From: an uncultured Gammaproteobacteria bacterium
GTDB taxonomy: Bacteria > Pseudomonadota > Gammaproteobacteria > GCA-001735895
Assembly: GCA_963768295.1 (NCBI GenBank)
Contig: CAVYHN010000009.1
Coordinates: forward strand, 262,548 to 326,547
Direction of reading: 5' to 3'
Length of the DNA stretch: 64,000 bases
Under the pieces are notes generated by a model. It saw only the letters and a list, made by a program, of their open reading frames with translations, ran no database searches and was not told where the DNA came from. The position numbers were made by a program, and so were the translations under genes. Shown piece by piece: positions 1-8,594 of the stretch (within the stretch, counting starts at the first letter, position 1; each line of letters opens with the position of its first letter).

Positions 1-658
1 TACGTACCACCTGGCTGATGACTTCGGCCACTTCACGCAGTACCTGGTCACCGACATCGTGGCCGTGGCCGTCATTAATTGCCTTGAAACCATCGAGATC
101 CATCACCAGTACCGCCATCGCCTGACTATGACGTTTCGCCAGGTCTATTTCGCGCGGCAGGTTCATTTCCATCGCCAGACGATTGTTCAATCCGGTCAAC
201 GGATCGCGGTAAGCCGACTTGAGCGCGATCTGATACATCAATGCATTCTTGATCGGGTAAATCAGCGAGCACAGCAAATCCTCGAGTTCGCAAAGCTCAA
301 GGCTGTTGAAACTGGAAAGTTTGAACAGGGTGAGTTCACCCAACATCCGGTTTTGAATCTTGAGTCGGTAGTTGGCGTTGAAGCCCTCGATCACGCCGTG
401 TTCTAAGGTGGCATTGATATCGCTACAGCTGAATCGATATCCACAGTAATTCACGTCATCCGCTATTTCGGCCATGAAGGCTTCGATTATCTGCGTAATG
501 TCCAGATGGCGTGATAACAGATCCGACAGCTGCAAAATGCGGAGATGCTTTTTATTCCCCTGTGTCTGCTCAGCCGAACGCGGGTCCAGTGCGATGACCT
601 GCGCCGGCACCTGCGGTACGGATTTATCGGTGTTAACCAGTTGTGTAGTTTGCGACAT
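1..658 (-). CDS. GGDEF-domain diguanylate cyclase, partial (start codon at 658; C-terminus beyond window edge)
   Basis: Reverse-strand translation from the ATG at 658..656 gives MSQTTQLVNTDKSV...DPLTGLNNRLAMEMNL...VLVMDLDGFKAINDGHGHDVGDQVLREVAEVIS, the classic GGDEF N-terminal half. It is absent from the ORF track because it runs off the edge. The + ORF 59..406 is its antisense shadow. Confidence 0.7.
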   Translation of the reverse strand, partial: MSQTTQLVNTDKSVPQVPAQVIALDPRSAEQTQGNKKHLRILQLSDLLSRHLDITQIIEAFMAEIADDVNYCGYRFSCSDINATLEHGVIEGFNANYRLKIQNRMLGELTLFKLSSFNSLELCELEDLLCSLIYPIKNALMYQIALKSAYRDPLTGLNNRLAMEMNLPREIDLAKRHSQAMAVLVMDLDGFKAINDGHGHDVGDQVLREVAEVISQVVR

Positions 659-835
659 TCTCAATCACCTGTGTCTTTACTGCTTTATGCATGAAAATAC
701 ATGCTAAATGCGTGCCAAGTTATAAACCTTATATATATCAGCAAGTTACATTCGGATATTTCCTACGCGAAGGAAAAATGGCAATATTTTGTCGATTTTT
801 GGCGGCAAAATACGAAAAACAGTCGGCTTTCAGGC

Positions 836-863
836 TCAAGAAGTCGTCGCAATGGCCGAATAA
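836..863 (+). promoter_or_regulatory. sigma-28 (FliA)-type promoter candidate TCAAG-N14-GCCGAATAA
   Basis: TCAA at 836-839 and GCCGAATAA at 855-863 with 15-nt spacing, in the AT-rich intergenic region about 120 nt upstream of the fliK-like ORF. Resembles the Pseudomonas-type FliA consensus TCAAG-N..-GCCGATAA, with one extra A in the -10. Confidence 0.4.
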
Positions 864-985
864 TATTGCAGGTGACAGATTTTTAACGCTTGCGCCAACC
901 AATCTGCACCGGGATTAGGCATCCGGGGCAGCAGCCTGCCGCTTAAACGGCAGCTCCTTTCCCGGGGCGGACAATATTTGCCAAT

Positions 986-2986
986 ATGGACATCAAAATT
1001 CCCAGTGATTTGCCTGCGACGAAGCCGGTAGCTGCGCAAGTCGGCGACTTGTTGGCACAACTCAAGACGGCAGGCACGATCGAAGCCGAGGTCCTCAAGC
1101 TGTTGCCGGGCAACAAGCTGCTATTGTCCAGTCGTCTCGGCGATATTCTGACCAGTAACAGCCTGAACTACCGGGCAGGCGACCGGCTCACCCTGCGATT
1201 CGACGACAGCGCGCGGCAACCGGTGCTGAAGGTGAGTCCGCGCCCGAGCAAACCGCTGCTACTGGATAGCCGGCAGAATCCTGAACTGACCCGGGCATTG
1301 ACCTCTGACCGGCCGATGCTGGCAAGCGTTATCAGGATCGTCGCCCAACAGGCCGAAATTCGGCTGGCCGACCAGACTTTGAAACTGCCGCGCGCGGTTG
1401 CGCTGGTAAAAAACCAGTTACTGAGTCTGCAACGCAATGACGTCCGCCACAGCATCGAAATTACCCGGCTCGAACCTAAGGCGTTTTACAAGGCCATATT
1501 GAAGCAGCTGGTTCCGCAACAGGCTGAAACCAGGACTTCGAGCCTGGTCAGATTGCTTAATCTGATAGCGCCGAATGCAGTCGAGCCTCGACCCGCGCTG
1601 CCACGGAGGCTCGAAACCGGCCGCTCACAATGGCCGGCCAAACCGATACCAGCGCCTGCGGCGCGCGGCCAAACCGTTACCAGAGTGAATGCCGGCAATA
1701 GCTTCGAGCAGGCGCTTGCCATACGCGCTAGCGGCGGCCCGCAAACAGCGGTCACCAGTGCATCCGGCGCGCCCGGTAAAACCAGCGAATCCAGTTCCAC
1801 GCCCGGGCCAGGCTCCGCGGCTCGGCCGTTGTCGGCAATTAGCTCGGGGAACCCGCTGCCAGGTGCCCTGCAGCCTGCTCCTGCTAACAACAGGAGCGCT
1901 CCGCTGACGCATCCCGGAAACCCAGCTACGGGCAGCAGCCAAGCCCACAAAGGCGGCGCTACCAGGTCCGTGGCCTTGCAGCAGCCGGCTAATCCAGTGC
2001 GGCCTTCGGTGCCTGTCATGCAAGCCGGCGGAGCCGCGCCGAACACCCGCGGCAGCGATATCGAAACTACGGCTAGTCAAACGCGCAGCGGGCGCGCAAT
2101 CCCGGGCAACGAGTCTTACCGGCATGCGGCAGCAGCTGTCCAGGGAGCGCAAGCTGCCGCCGGGCAAGCGACTCCGCCTGGTCCAGCGCAAGCAACAGGT
2201 CTGTCGGGGCAGCCGGTGGGTGGGAACGCGTCACTCGCACCAGCGCTGCAGCCGCTGCTGCAGCTGGTCACCCGGTTTCCCGATATCGACGCCGCCCAGA
2301 TAAAGAAATGGCTCGAATTCGCACGCCTGATATACCCCTCCAAAGCGACAGTTTCGACCGCGCCGTCGCCCGATATTTTCAGGCTGTTGAAACAGTTCAG
2401 CGAGGGCGAAAGCTTGAGCCGCGATCTGACCCAGGCATTGCAGCAGAATTCCCGGGTTTCTGCAGACGCCGATTCGCCCACGACCAGGGCACAGGCCCAG
2501 GAAGCGTTGTTAATGCAAGCCAGGGAGGGCTTCAAACTAATCGAACAAAGCCTGACGCAAAACCTGCTACAGCGTGCGACCCTCGGACTGCAGCAGGAAA
2601 CGCAGCAGCCGCTCTCGTTCGGTTTTGCCTTGCCCTATGCAGATGCTCAGCACACAAAGTCGCTTTACATCGATCTTGCGGAGCGTAACCAGGCCCAGGA
2701 CGAGGCAGACAAAAGCTGGGATATCAGGCTCAGTTTCGAGCTGGCCGGCCTGGGTCCGATAACCTGTCACCTGGTGCTTGCCGGCTGTACCGTAGGCGCG
2801 AGCTTTTACTCGGAACAGGCGCAGACCCGCGAAAGCATCGAGATGGAATTGCCCCAGTTGAGACAACAATTGTCCCGCGCCGGGTTTACTCCCGGAGAGT
2901 TTCACAGCTTCCCGGGCAAGCCGGCGCCGAAGCAGGCGCCGACTGCTGCCGACTTTTCCGAAGCGCTGGTCGACATCGAGGTGTAA
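986..2986 (+). CDS. FliK-like protein: C-terminal flagellar hook-length-control (Flg_hook-type) domain, long Pro/Ala/Gly/Ser-rich low-complexity middle
   Basis: 666-aa ORF. The C-terminal ~120 aa (SWDIRLSFELAGLGPITCHLVLAGCTVGASFYSEQAQTRESIEMELPQLRQQLSRAGF) has the typical FliK C-terminal domain pattern. The N- and middle regions are low complexity. It is distinct from the bona fide fliK at 17823..19490. Confidence 0.7.
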   Translation: MDIKIPSDLPATKPVAAQVGDLLAQLKTAGTIEAEVLKLLPGNKLLLSSRLGDILTSNSLNYRAGDRLTLRFDDSARQPVLKVSPRPSKPLLLDSRQNPELTRALTSDRPMLASVIRIVAQQAEIRLADQTLKLPRAVALVKNQLLSLQRNDVRHSIEITRLEPKAFYKAILKQLVPQQAETRTSSLVRLLNLIAPNAVEPRPALPRRLETGRSQWPAKPIPAPAARGQTVTRVNAGNSFEQALAIRASGGPQTAVTSASGAPGKTSESSSTPGPGSAARPLSAISSGNPLPGALQPAPANNRSAPLTHPGNPATGSSQAHKGGATRSVALQQPANPVRPSVPVMQAGGAAPNTRGSDIETTASQTRSGRAIPGNESYRHAAAAVQGAQAAAGQATPPGPAQATGLSGQPVGGNASLAPALQPLLQLVTRFPDIDAAQIKKWLEFARLIYPSKATVSTAPSPDIFRLLKQFSEGESLSRDLTQALQQNSRVSADADSPTTRAQAQEALLMQAREGFKLIEQSLTQNLLQRATLGLQQETQQPLSFGFALPYADAQHTKSLYIDLAERNQAQDEADKSWDIRLSFELAGLGPITCHLVLAGCTVGASFYSEQAQTRESIEMELPQLRQQLSRAGFTPGEFHSFPGKPAPKQAPTAADFSEALVDIEV

Positions 2987-2988
2987 GC

Positions 2989-3324
2989 ATGAAAGGGCTG
3001 CCGAAATTCGCGATTGCGCTGGAGTACGACGGTAAACAGGCGCCGCAGGTTACCGCCAAGGGGCACGACGAGATCGCGAATCAAATTCTGAAACTGGCGC
3101 AGGAAGCCGATGTGCCGATTCACCTGGACAAGGATCTGGCGCTGGTGCTCGACCAGATCGATCTCGGCGAGCATATACCCGAAGCCCTTTATGTCGTCAT
3201 CGCCGAAATCCTGACTTTCGCCTACCGCCTTTCCGGCAAGCACAAGGACTTCATGGACGATATCAAACCGCGGGCGCAGCCGCGGCTTGAGCAATTGCCC
3301 GCGGACGAACTCGACTTCGACTGA
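2989..3324 (+). CDS. FlhB C-terminal-domain-like small protein (FlhX/YlqH-like type III export switch paralog)
   Basis: 111 aa. AIALEYDGKQAPQVTAKGHDEIANQILKLAQEADVPIHLDKDLALVL...IPEALYVVIAEILTFAYRL closely matches the FlhB cytoplasmic C-terminal fold (YlqH/FlhX family) but lacks an NPTH autocleavage motif. Starts 2 nt after the fliK-like stop. Confidence 0.75.
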   Translation: MKGLPKFAIALEYDGKQAPQVTAKGHDEIANQILKLAQEADVPIHLDKDLALVLDQIDLGEHIPEALYVVIAEILTFAYRLSGKHKDFMDDIKPRAQPRLEQLPADELDFD

Positions 3325-3490
3325 CCCCCGCCCCACGGTATGCGCTGACGCAGGCGCAATCCGTTACCGGTCGGCCGTGTACCGACATCGGCCTGGCAAA
3401 TTCGATATAATCTGAGCATCGCGAGACCTGCCGCGCGCCTCGAGCGCGCCCGCACAACAAACATGACCCCATCAGTAAAATGTTAATCTT

Positions 3491-4033
3491 TTGCAGCAAG
3501 GAACCCTGTCCGTGTTTTCAATAAAAGCCTGCCCGATTCCAGATCAGGCGCTGCTGCGAGAATATGTCCGCACCGATACCTATACCGATTGCTATCGCAC
3601 GCAAGCACAGCGCGAAGTAACCCTGAGCGAGTTTGTGCGCGCTTTTTACACCACCTGGATTTTCAAGCTGGAAAGAAGCATTCTGCAGTGGGCTCTGGCA
3701 AAACCTTCATCTGACGATCAGGCAAGCCGGCTAGCTGACGGCTCTATCGATCATTTTGCTGCATGGCAGGTGGAGCAACGAAGCAAAAATCAATTGCTGT
3801 TGACCGATTTTCAGGGTCGCACAAGATCCTGGTTTATGACTTTGCCCGCTAACGCTGGAAACAGCGCGCAGACAGTCCTGTACTTTGGTTCCGCGGTCAC
3901 GCCAGTGGCGGGTCCAGAAACCGGCGAAATGACGCCCGGCACGGGTTATAGCGCCCTGCTCGAATTTCATAAAATATACTCCAGGGTATTACTCTCCTCG
4001 GCAAGGTCAAGGCTCACGAGGCAACTCCGCTGA
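3491..4033 (+). CDS. hypothetical protein (TTG start in ORF track; possibly DUF2867-like)
   Basis: 180-aa ORF with reasonable codon usage and no recognisable catalytic motif. Confidence 0.35.
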   Translation: MQQGTLSVFSIKACPIPDQALLREYVRTDTYTDCYRTQAQREVTLSEFVRAFYTTWIFKLERSILQWALAKPSSDDQASRLADGSIDHFAAWQVEQRSKNQLLLTDFQGRTRSWFMTLPANAGNSAQTVLYFGSAVTPVAGPETGEMTPGTGYSALLEFHKIYSRVLLSSARSRLTRQLR

Positions 4034-4193
4034 AGCCGGGACAAGCGGGCGCGCTCCAGGATATGGAATCGTTGACGCCAGGCGATGCTTGACCAGCCAC
4101 TGCAGGCTAAGCATCGACTCGCCGCGAATCAGGTTTAACATCAACCCGGAGAATATGTGTTTATAATCAGGGCTTATATTTCGGGAGAATCAA

Positions 4194-4355
4194 GTGAAGA
4201 AAATTCTGTTCCTGTGCCTGCTATTGACCCAGCTGGTCGCCTGCTCTGCCGAAGTAGGCAGTGAGGCATGGTGTAAAGACCTGAAACAAAAGCCGAAGGG
4301 CGAATGGTCGGCAAACGAGGCGAAAGATTACGCCAAGCACTGCCTGTTCAATTAA
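4194..4355 (+). CDS. small putative lipoprotein (53 aa, GTG start)
   Basis: VKKILFLCLLLTQLVACSAEVGSEAWCKDLKQKPKGEWSANEAKDYAKHCLFN: signal peptide plus lipobox LVAC, DUF3012-like. Below the ORF-track size cutoff. Confidence 0.35.
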   Translation: MKKILFLCLLLTQLVACSAEVGSEAWCKDLKQKPKGEWSANEAKDYAKHCLFN

Positions 4356-4384
4356 GACGAATGCCGGGCCGCGGGATGATTAAC

Positions 4385-5314
4385 TTAACTGTCCGGGTCA
4401 GCGCCGAACAGGTTGAACAAATTAAACGAATTGCGGTAAGGCACCAGTTGGGGTGACTCCATTTTTTCCCTGACCCGGTCCAGATAGATATTCATGTAGT
4501 GGTTATTCAAGTTATCTTCATTCAACGCTTTCTGGGTAAAACTGGTCGCACGTAACATGCTGTCGGCGCCTTCCAGCACCGCGTACCGATTTTTATTCAG
4601 CAGGATAACTTCCTTGCCCGCATGCCAGTAAATGTCGATATTTTTGATATCCAGCGGATCGAACGGCGGTACCAGGGGCACCAGGTCGCCAGGCGTGACC
4701 ACGCGAATGACATTGAGGTGCTGAATTTTCATCGCGCCGGGAAAATTGGTGACCTTGGGCTGGCCAAAAGTGATGACCTGTTCGATATTGAAGCGATCGG
4801 CATCCAGGTACATCGCCAGTATCAGGGCAACCGCGCCGCCCAGGCTGTGGCCCGTGGCATAAATTTTATAATCCGCCTTAAACAGGGGCTTCAGCTCGGC
4901 ATATACCCGCTTTGCCGCGTATGCAAAGCCCTCGTGCAGGCGGGTCCCGGTTTTCTCATCGGTCATTAATTTAAGCGCTACGTCGAGCATTGCATTTTCG
5001 ACATTGGAAGTGCCGCGTACCGCTATCACCTGGGTTTTGCTCGAATCGTTGGTGGCAAGAAAAAACGACATTTGAATATCTGCAATCGTGTGATAAAGCC
5101 CGAGGCGGTAATTTTTTGACTCGACCAGATCGCGCACCCGATCTTCCGGCTGGTAGGCCGCAGCAGCAAACTCGGCCTGCTGCTGAATCACGGCAAAGTC
5201 AATCACGCCGCTCGCCGCAAGCGGCGGGCTCGCGCAAAAAAACAAAACAACCAGCGCGCTCAGGTGGCGGCTAAATTTTGCTAACTGGCGTATTCGTTTT
5301 GGCTGGCTGCGCAT
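4385..5314 (-). CDS. secreted class-3 lipase / alpha-beta hydrolase
   Basis: N-terminal signal sequence, GHSLGG nucleophile elbow, lipase_3-type organisation. Confidence 0.8.
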   Translation of the reverse strand: MRSQPKRIRQLAKFSRHLSALVVLFFCASPPLAASGVIDFAVIQQQAEFAAAAYQPEDRVRDLVESKNYRLGLYHTIADIQMSFFLATNDSSKTQVIAVRGTSNVENAMLDVALKLMTDEKTGTRLHEGFAYAAKRVYAELKPLFKADYKIYATGHSLGGAVALILAMYLDADRFNIEQVITFGQPKVTNFPGAMKIQHLNVIRVVTPGDLVPLVPPFDPLDIKNIDIYWHAGKEVILLNKNRYAVLEGADSMLRATSFTQKALNEDNLNNHYMNIYLDRVREKMESPQLVPYRNSFNLFNLFGADPDS

Positions 5315-5492
5315 CTGATCGGGCGGATCGTAACTGATTCGGGGCTAGATTATAGTTTTATACACAAGCCGCAAGTTCAGGATTTCACAAAAGGCGCAAT
5401 TGGCGGTGCATCAAGCCGATCGCACTGGCGTATATGTAAGCGATCGAAGCTGGCTTATACTTGCTAGCTAGCAGGATCTGCCGGGAGGCGAG

Positions 5493-5915
5493 ATGAGTGT
5501 AAAAGTTGAGGAACTGATGACGGCATCAGTCATTACGGCGCAGCCCCATCAAAGCGTCGAACACGTGCGCAACATGCTCGAGAAGAACTCGATCAGCGCC
5601 GTGCCGGTGGTCGATAGCGATGGTCACCCGATCGGGATCGTGTCGTCTACCGACCTGGCGCATGACGTAAAACCAGGCAAGCCAATCAGCCAGATCATGA
5701 CCAGGAAAGTATTTACAGTGCCCCAGTACGACGATACCAGTATCGCCGCGCGGGTGATGCGCAATCATGGCATCCACCGGGTTGTGGTTACCCACGAACA
5801 GAAAGTGGTTGGCATGTTGAGTGCTTTCGATCTGCTCAAACTCGTGGAAAGCCACCGCTACGTGGCCAAAAACGCGCCGACAAAGTCAAAACGCAAAGGC
5901 GCAAACCGCCGCTGA
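5493..5915 (+). CDS. CBS-pair domain protein
   Basis: Two CBS motifs (VITAQPHQSVEHVRNMLEKNSISAVPVVDSDGHPIGIVSSTDL ... RVMRNHGIHRVVVTHEQKVVGMLSAFDLLK). Confidence 0.8.
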   Translation: MSVKVEELMTASVITAQPHQSVEHVRNMLEKNSISAVPVVDSDGHPIGIVSSTDLAHDVKPGKPISQIMTRKVFTVPQYDDTSIAARVMRNHGIHRVVVTHEQKVVGMLSAFDLLKLVESHRYVAKNAPTKSKRKGANRR

Positions 5916-5925
5916 GGGATATGAC

Positions 5926-6081
5926 CTAGGCGTAGGTATCGATGATTCGTTTCGAATCTTTCTTTCTGCGCTCTTTCTTTTGCTGCCGAGACTTGTGCTG
6001 TTTATCCGGCTCGGGCTTCTTCAAGGCGTCGCGTACCCGCGGGGATTGATTTACCGATTTGATGAGTGGATCGTCAGCCAT
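5926..6081 (-). CDS. small highly basic hypothetical protein (51 aa)
   Basis: MADDPLIKSVNQSPRVRDALKKPEPDKQHKSRQQKKERRKKDSKRIIDTYA, convergent with the CBS gene. Only ORF evidence. Confidence 0.2.
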   Translation of the reverse strand: MADDPLIKSVNQSPRVRDALKKPEPDKQHKSRQQKKERRKKDSKRIIDTYA

Positions 6082-6488
6082 GGTTACGGTCTCTCGATTT
6101 CAGGTAGCGCGGCCTGAACCTGCATTCGCCTGATGCCGTATGCCTCGCCCTCCCGCGTGAAGGTGAAGTAGCGTATTTGATCCTGCAGGTCGTTTGCCAA
6201 TCGCCTGGCCATCATGACTCCTGATAATCCTGTACCTTCGCTCTATCGGCCGATTGCCCAAAAAGTTAACCCTGCATGCGATCAACGGGGCCGGCGACAG
6301 GCTTCAGGACTTACCCGGCGCCGCCACGCTCATGCAGCAGCTGAGTAATACGCGGTGGACTCAACCAGGTCGCCCGGGGGTTTGCGAGCAGGTTGTCGCC
6401 CGACGCTATCGCGGCGCTAACATCGGCCGAACGCTCCATCTACTGCTCCGCCAGGTAACGGCTTGCGCCAGTTATGCGGGCGCCGCTG

Positions 6489-6875
6489 TCAGGCTTCGCA
6501 CCGCTGGATAATCCTTTCGATTTTCTCTTTCAGCGTCGCCGCGGTGCAGGGTTTGACGACGTAATCATTGACGCCTGCCTCGGCGGCTATGACGATTTGA
6601 TCGCGCGTGGCCTCGGCGGTCACCATTAATACCGGCATGTCGCAGAGTGCATCGTCGGAACGTATTTTCTTGAGCAGGGTCAACCCGTCCATGCCGGGCA
6701 TATTCCAGTCGGTAACCAGGAAATCGAACTCGCCCGACCTGAGCATCGGCAGGGCGGTCTGTCCGTCGTCGGCTTCGAGCGTATTGTTAAAGCCCAGATC
6801 GCGCAGTAAATTCTTGATAATACGCCGCATGGTTGAAAAATCGTCAACGATAAGAATTTTCATGTCTTTATCCAT
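6489..6875 (-). CDS. cheY: chemotaxis response regulator CheY
   Basis: 128 aa, single receiver domain: DDFSTMRRI...DWNMPGMDGL...KP, a CheY-like pattern. Last gene of the flhF-flhG-fliA-cheY block. Confidence 0.9.
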   Translation of the reverse strand: MDKDMKILIVDDFSTMRRIIKNLLRDLGFNNTLEADDGQTALPMLRSGEFDFLVTDWNMPGMDGLTLLKKIRSDDALCDMPVLMVTAEATRDQIVIAAEAGVNDYVVKPCTAATLKEKIERIIQRCEA

Positions 6876-6997
6876 ACAGGCAACCCTCCGTCATATGGCA
6901 TTACTGTGATATCGAATAAACGGGAGTCCGTGGCTGAAATTGAACCCCGCTTTAATGTCGATACCCGCATCCTGTTTCACGCCGGCGGTTCGGCGCT

Positions 6998-7711
6998 TTA
7001 ACCCTGTTTGCTCCACTCCGACATACGCGACTTGATGCGCAGCAGGGCCTGGCCATGCAGCTGGCAAATGCGCGACTCGGTGACATCGAGAATTTCCCCG
7101 ATTTCGCGAAAGTTGAGTTCATCGTCGTAGTAAAGCGACATCACCAACTGTTCCTTCTCGGGTAGCTGGCGGATACTTTCAGCCAGCTGCCGCTGGTACT
7201 CGCCACTGCCAAAGGCTTCTTCCGGAGTTTGCTCGGACGAACTCGGAATCGCGGCATCCTGCGTGTTTTCTTCCATGGTTTCGATGCTGTAGATTCGCGA
7301 TGACGACGAATCGATCAGGATCTGGTGATACTCGCCGAGGCTGATACCGAGCGCCTGCGCGACGTCGGCATCGCGCGCGTCTTCACCGGTTTCATTTTCG
7401 ATCTGGCGAATCGCATCGGATACGGAACGAAACTTGCGGTGCACCGAGCGCGGAGTCCAGTCGGAACGACGAATCTCGTCGATCATCGAACCGCGAATAC
7501 GAATACCCGCGAAGGTTTCGAAACTGGCGCCCATTTCGGGGTTGAAATTACTGGCTGCCTCGAGCAGTCCGACCATCCCGGCCTGAATCAGGTCATCGAT
7601 TTGCACCGTCGGCGGCAATCGATTGAGCAAGTGATAGGCGATTCGTTTTACCAGCGAAGCATGCCGGATAATCTGGTCGTCTGCGCCCAGATTTTCGACT
7701 TCGGCATACAT
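6998..7711 (-). CDS. fliA: RNA polymerase sigma factor FliA (sigma-28)
   Basis: Sigma-70 regions 2, 3 and 4 (…DLIQAGMVGLLEAASNFNP…, …EKEQLVMSLYYDDELNFREIGEILDVTESRICQLH…). Start placed at the internal Met (MYAEV...) 11 nt after the flhG stop, not at the longer ORF-track start that overlaps flhG. Confidence 0.9.
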   Translation of the reverse strand: MYAEVENLGADDQIIRHASLVKRIAYHLLNRLPPTVQIDDLIQAGMVGLLEAASNFNPEMGASFETFAGIRIRGSMIDEIRRSDWTPRSVHRKFRSVSDAIRQIENETGEDARDADVAQALGISLGEYHQILIDSSSSRIYSIETMEENTQDAAIPSSSEQTPEEAFGSGEYQRQLAESIRQLPEKEQLVMSLYYDDELNFREIGEILDVTESRICQLHGQALLRIKSRMSEWSKQG

Positions 7712-7722
7712 CGCGTGCCCGT

Positions 7723-8583
7723 TCACAGGCGATCTTCCCGCGCGCTGAAATTCACCAGGCGCTCGATGAAGAACTCGAGATGTCCTTCTATGGAACTGGG
7801 GGACGGCCATTGCTGGGTCTTCTTCGCGATCTGCTTGAACGCGTTTGCTGACTGGCTGCGGGGAAAGGCCTCAACCACCGATTTCTGCTTTTGCACGGCT
7901 TTTTTCAGGCAATCGTCGTAGGGGATGCAGCCGAGATAATTGAGGGTAACGTCGAGGAAACGCTCCGACACCCGCGCCAGCTTGTTATACAGTTCGCGGC
8001 CCTGGGTCGCACCCTGCGCCTGGTTGGCCAGCACGTGAAATCGCTCGACGCCATAATCGCGATTCATGACTTTGACCATGGCGTAGGCATCGGTAATCGA
8101 CGCCGGTTCGTCGCAGACCACGACGATGACCTCGCGCGCGGCGCGCGTGTAGCTGACGACACTGTCGGACAAGCCGGCCGCGGTATCGATCAGCAGCGTG
8201 TCCACCGGTTCGGTCAGCTCGGAGAACGAGCGGATGATGCCCGCGTTTTGCGCCGGCGTCAGATCCGACATCGCCGCGACGCCCGAAGACGCCGGCACGA
8301 TCTTGATGCCGGCCGGACCTTCGATAATAGTTTCCTCGAGCGAACATTCGCCATTGATCACATGCGACAGGTTGAGCCCGGGGCTCAAGCCGAGTAATAC
8401 GTCGATGTTGGCGAGACCCATGTCCGCGTCCATGACCATGACTTTCTCGCCGGACTGTGCAAGCGTCACCGCGAGATTGATGGTGACGTTGCTTTTGCCG
8501 ACGCCGCCCTTACCGCTGGTCACCGCAATTACCCGCACCGGGTGTTGCGCTCTCATCTGTCTGATACCTTGGGCCTGATCCAT
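7723..8583 (-). CDS. flhG: flagellar number regulator FlhG/FleN (MinD-like ATPase)
   Basis: Deviant Walker A VTSGKGGVGKSN, MinD/ParA fold, position between flhF and fliA. Confidence 0.9.
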   Translation of the reverse strand: MDQAQGIRQMRAQHPVRVIAVTSGKGGVGKSNVTINLAVTLAQSGEKVMVMDADMGLANIDVLLGLSPGLNLSHVINGECSLEETIIEGPAGIKIVPASSGVAAMSDLTPAQNAGIIRSFSELTEPVDTLLIDTAAGLSDSVVSYTRAAREVIVVVCDEPASITDAYAMVKVMNRDYGVERFHVLANQAQGATQGRELYNKLARVSERFLDVTLNYLGCIPYDDCLKKAVQKQKSVVEAFPRSQSANAFKQIAKKTQQWPSPSSIEGHLEFFIERLVNFSAREDRL

Positions 8584-8594
8584 TAGTTCTCTAC

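Noticed and set aside
59-406. 115-aa + strand ORF at the window start
   Set aside because: It is the antisense shadow of the GGDEF gene on the minus strand. The minus-strand translation shows the GGDEF N-terminal motifs (DPLTGLNNR, DGFKAINDGHGHDVGD).
1486-2191. Minus-strand ORFs of 186 and 188 aa inside the fliK-like gene
   Set aside because: Arg/Gly/Ala/Cys-rich translations overlapping the low-complexity GC-rich middle of the + strand gene; no independent support.
6876-6997. sigma-28 promoter upstream of cheY
   Set aside because: The best candidate (TAAAG-N16-GCCACGGA) matches only 4/8 of the -10 consensus. cheY is probably co-transcribed with fliA.
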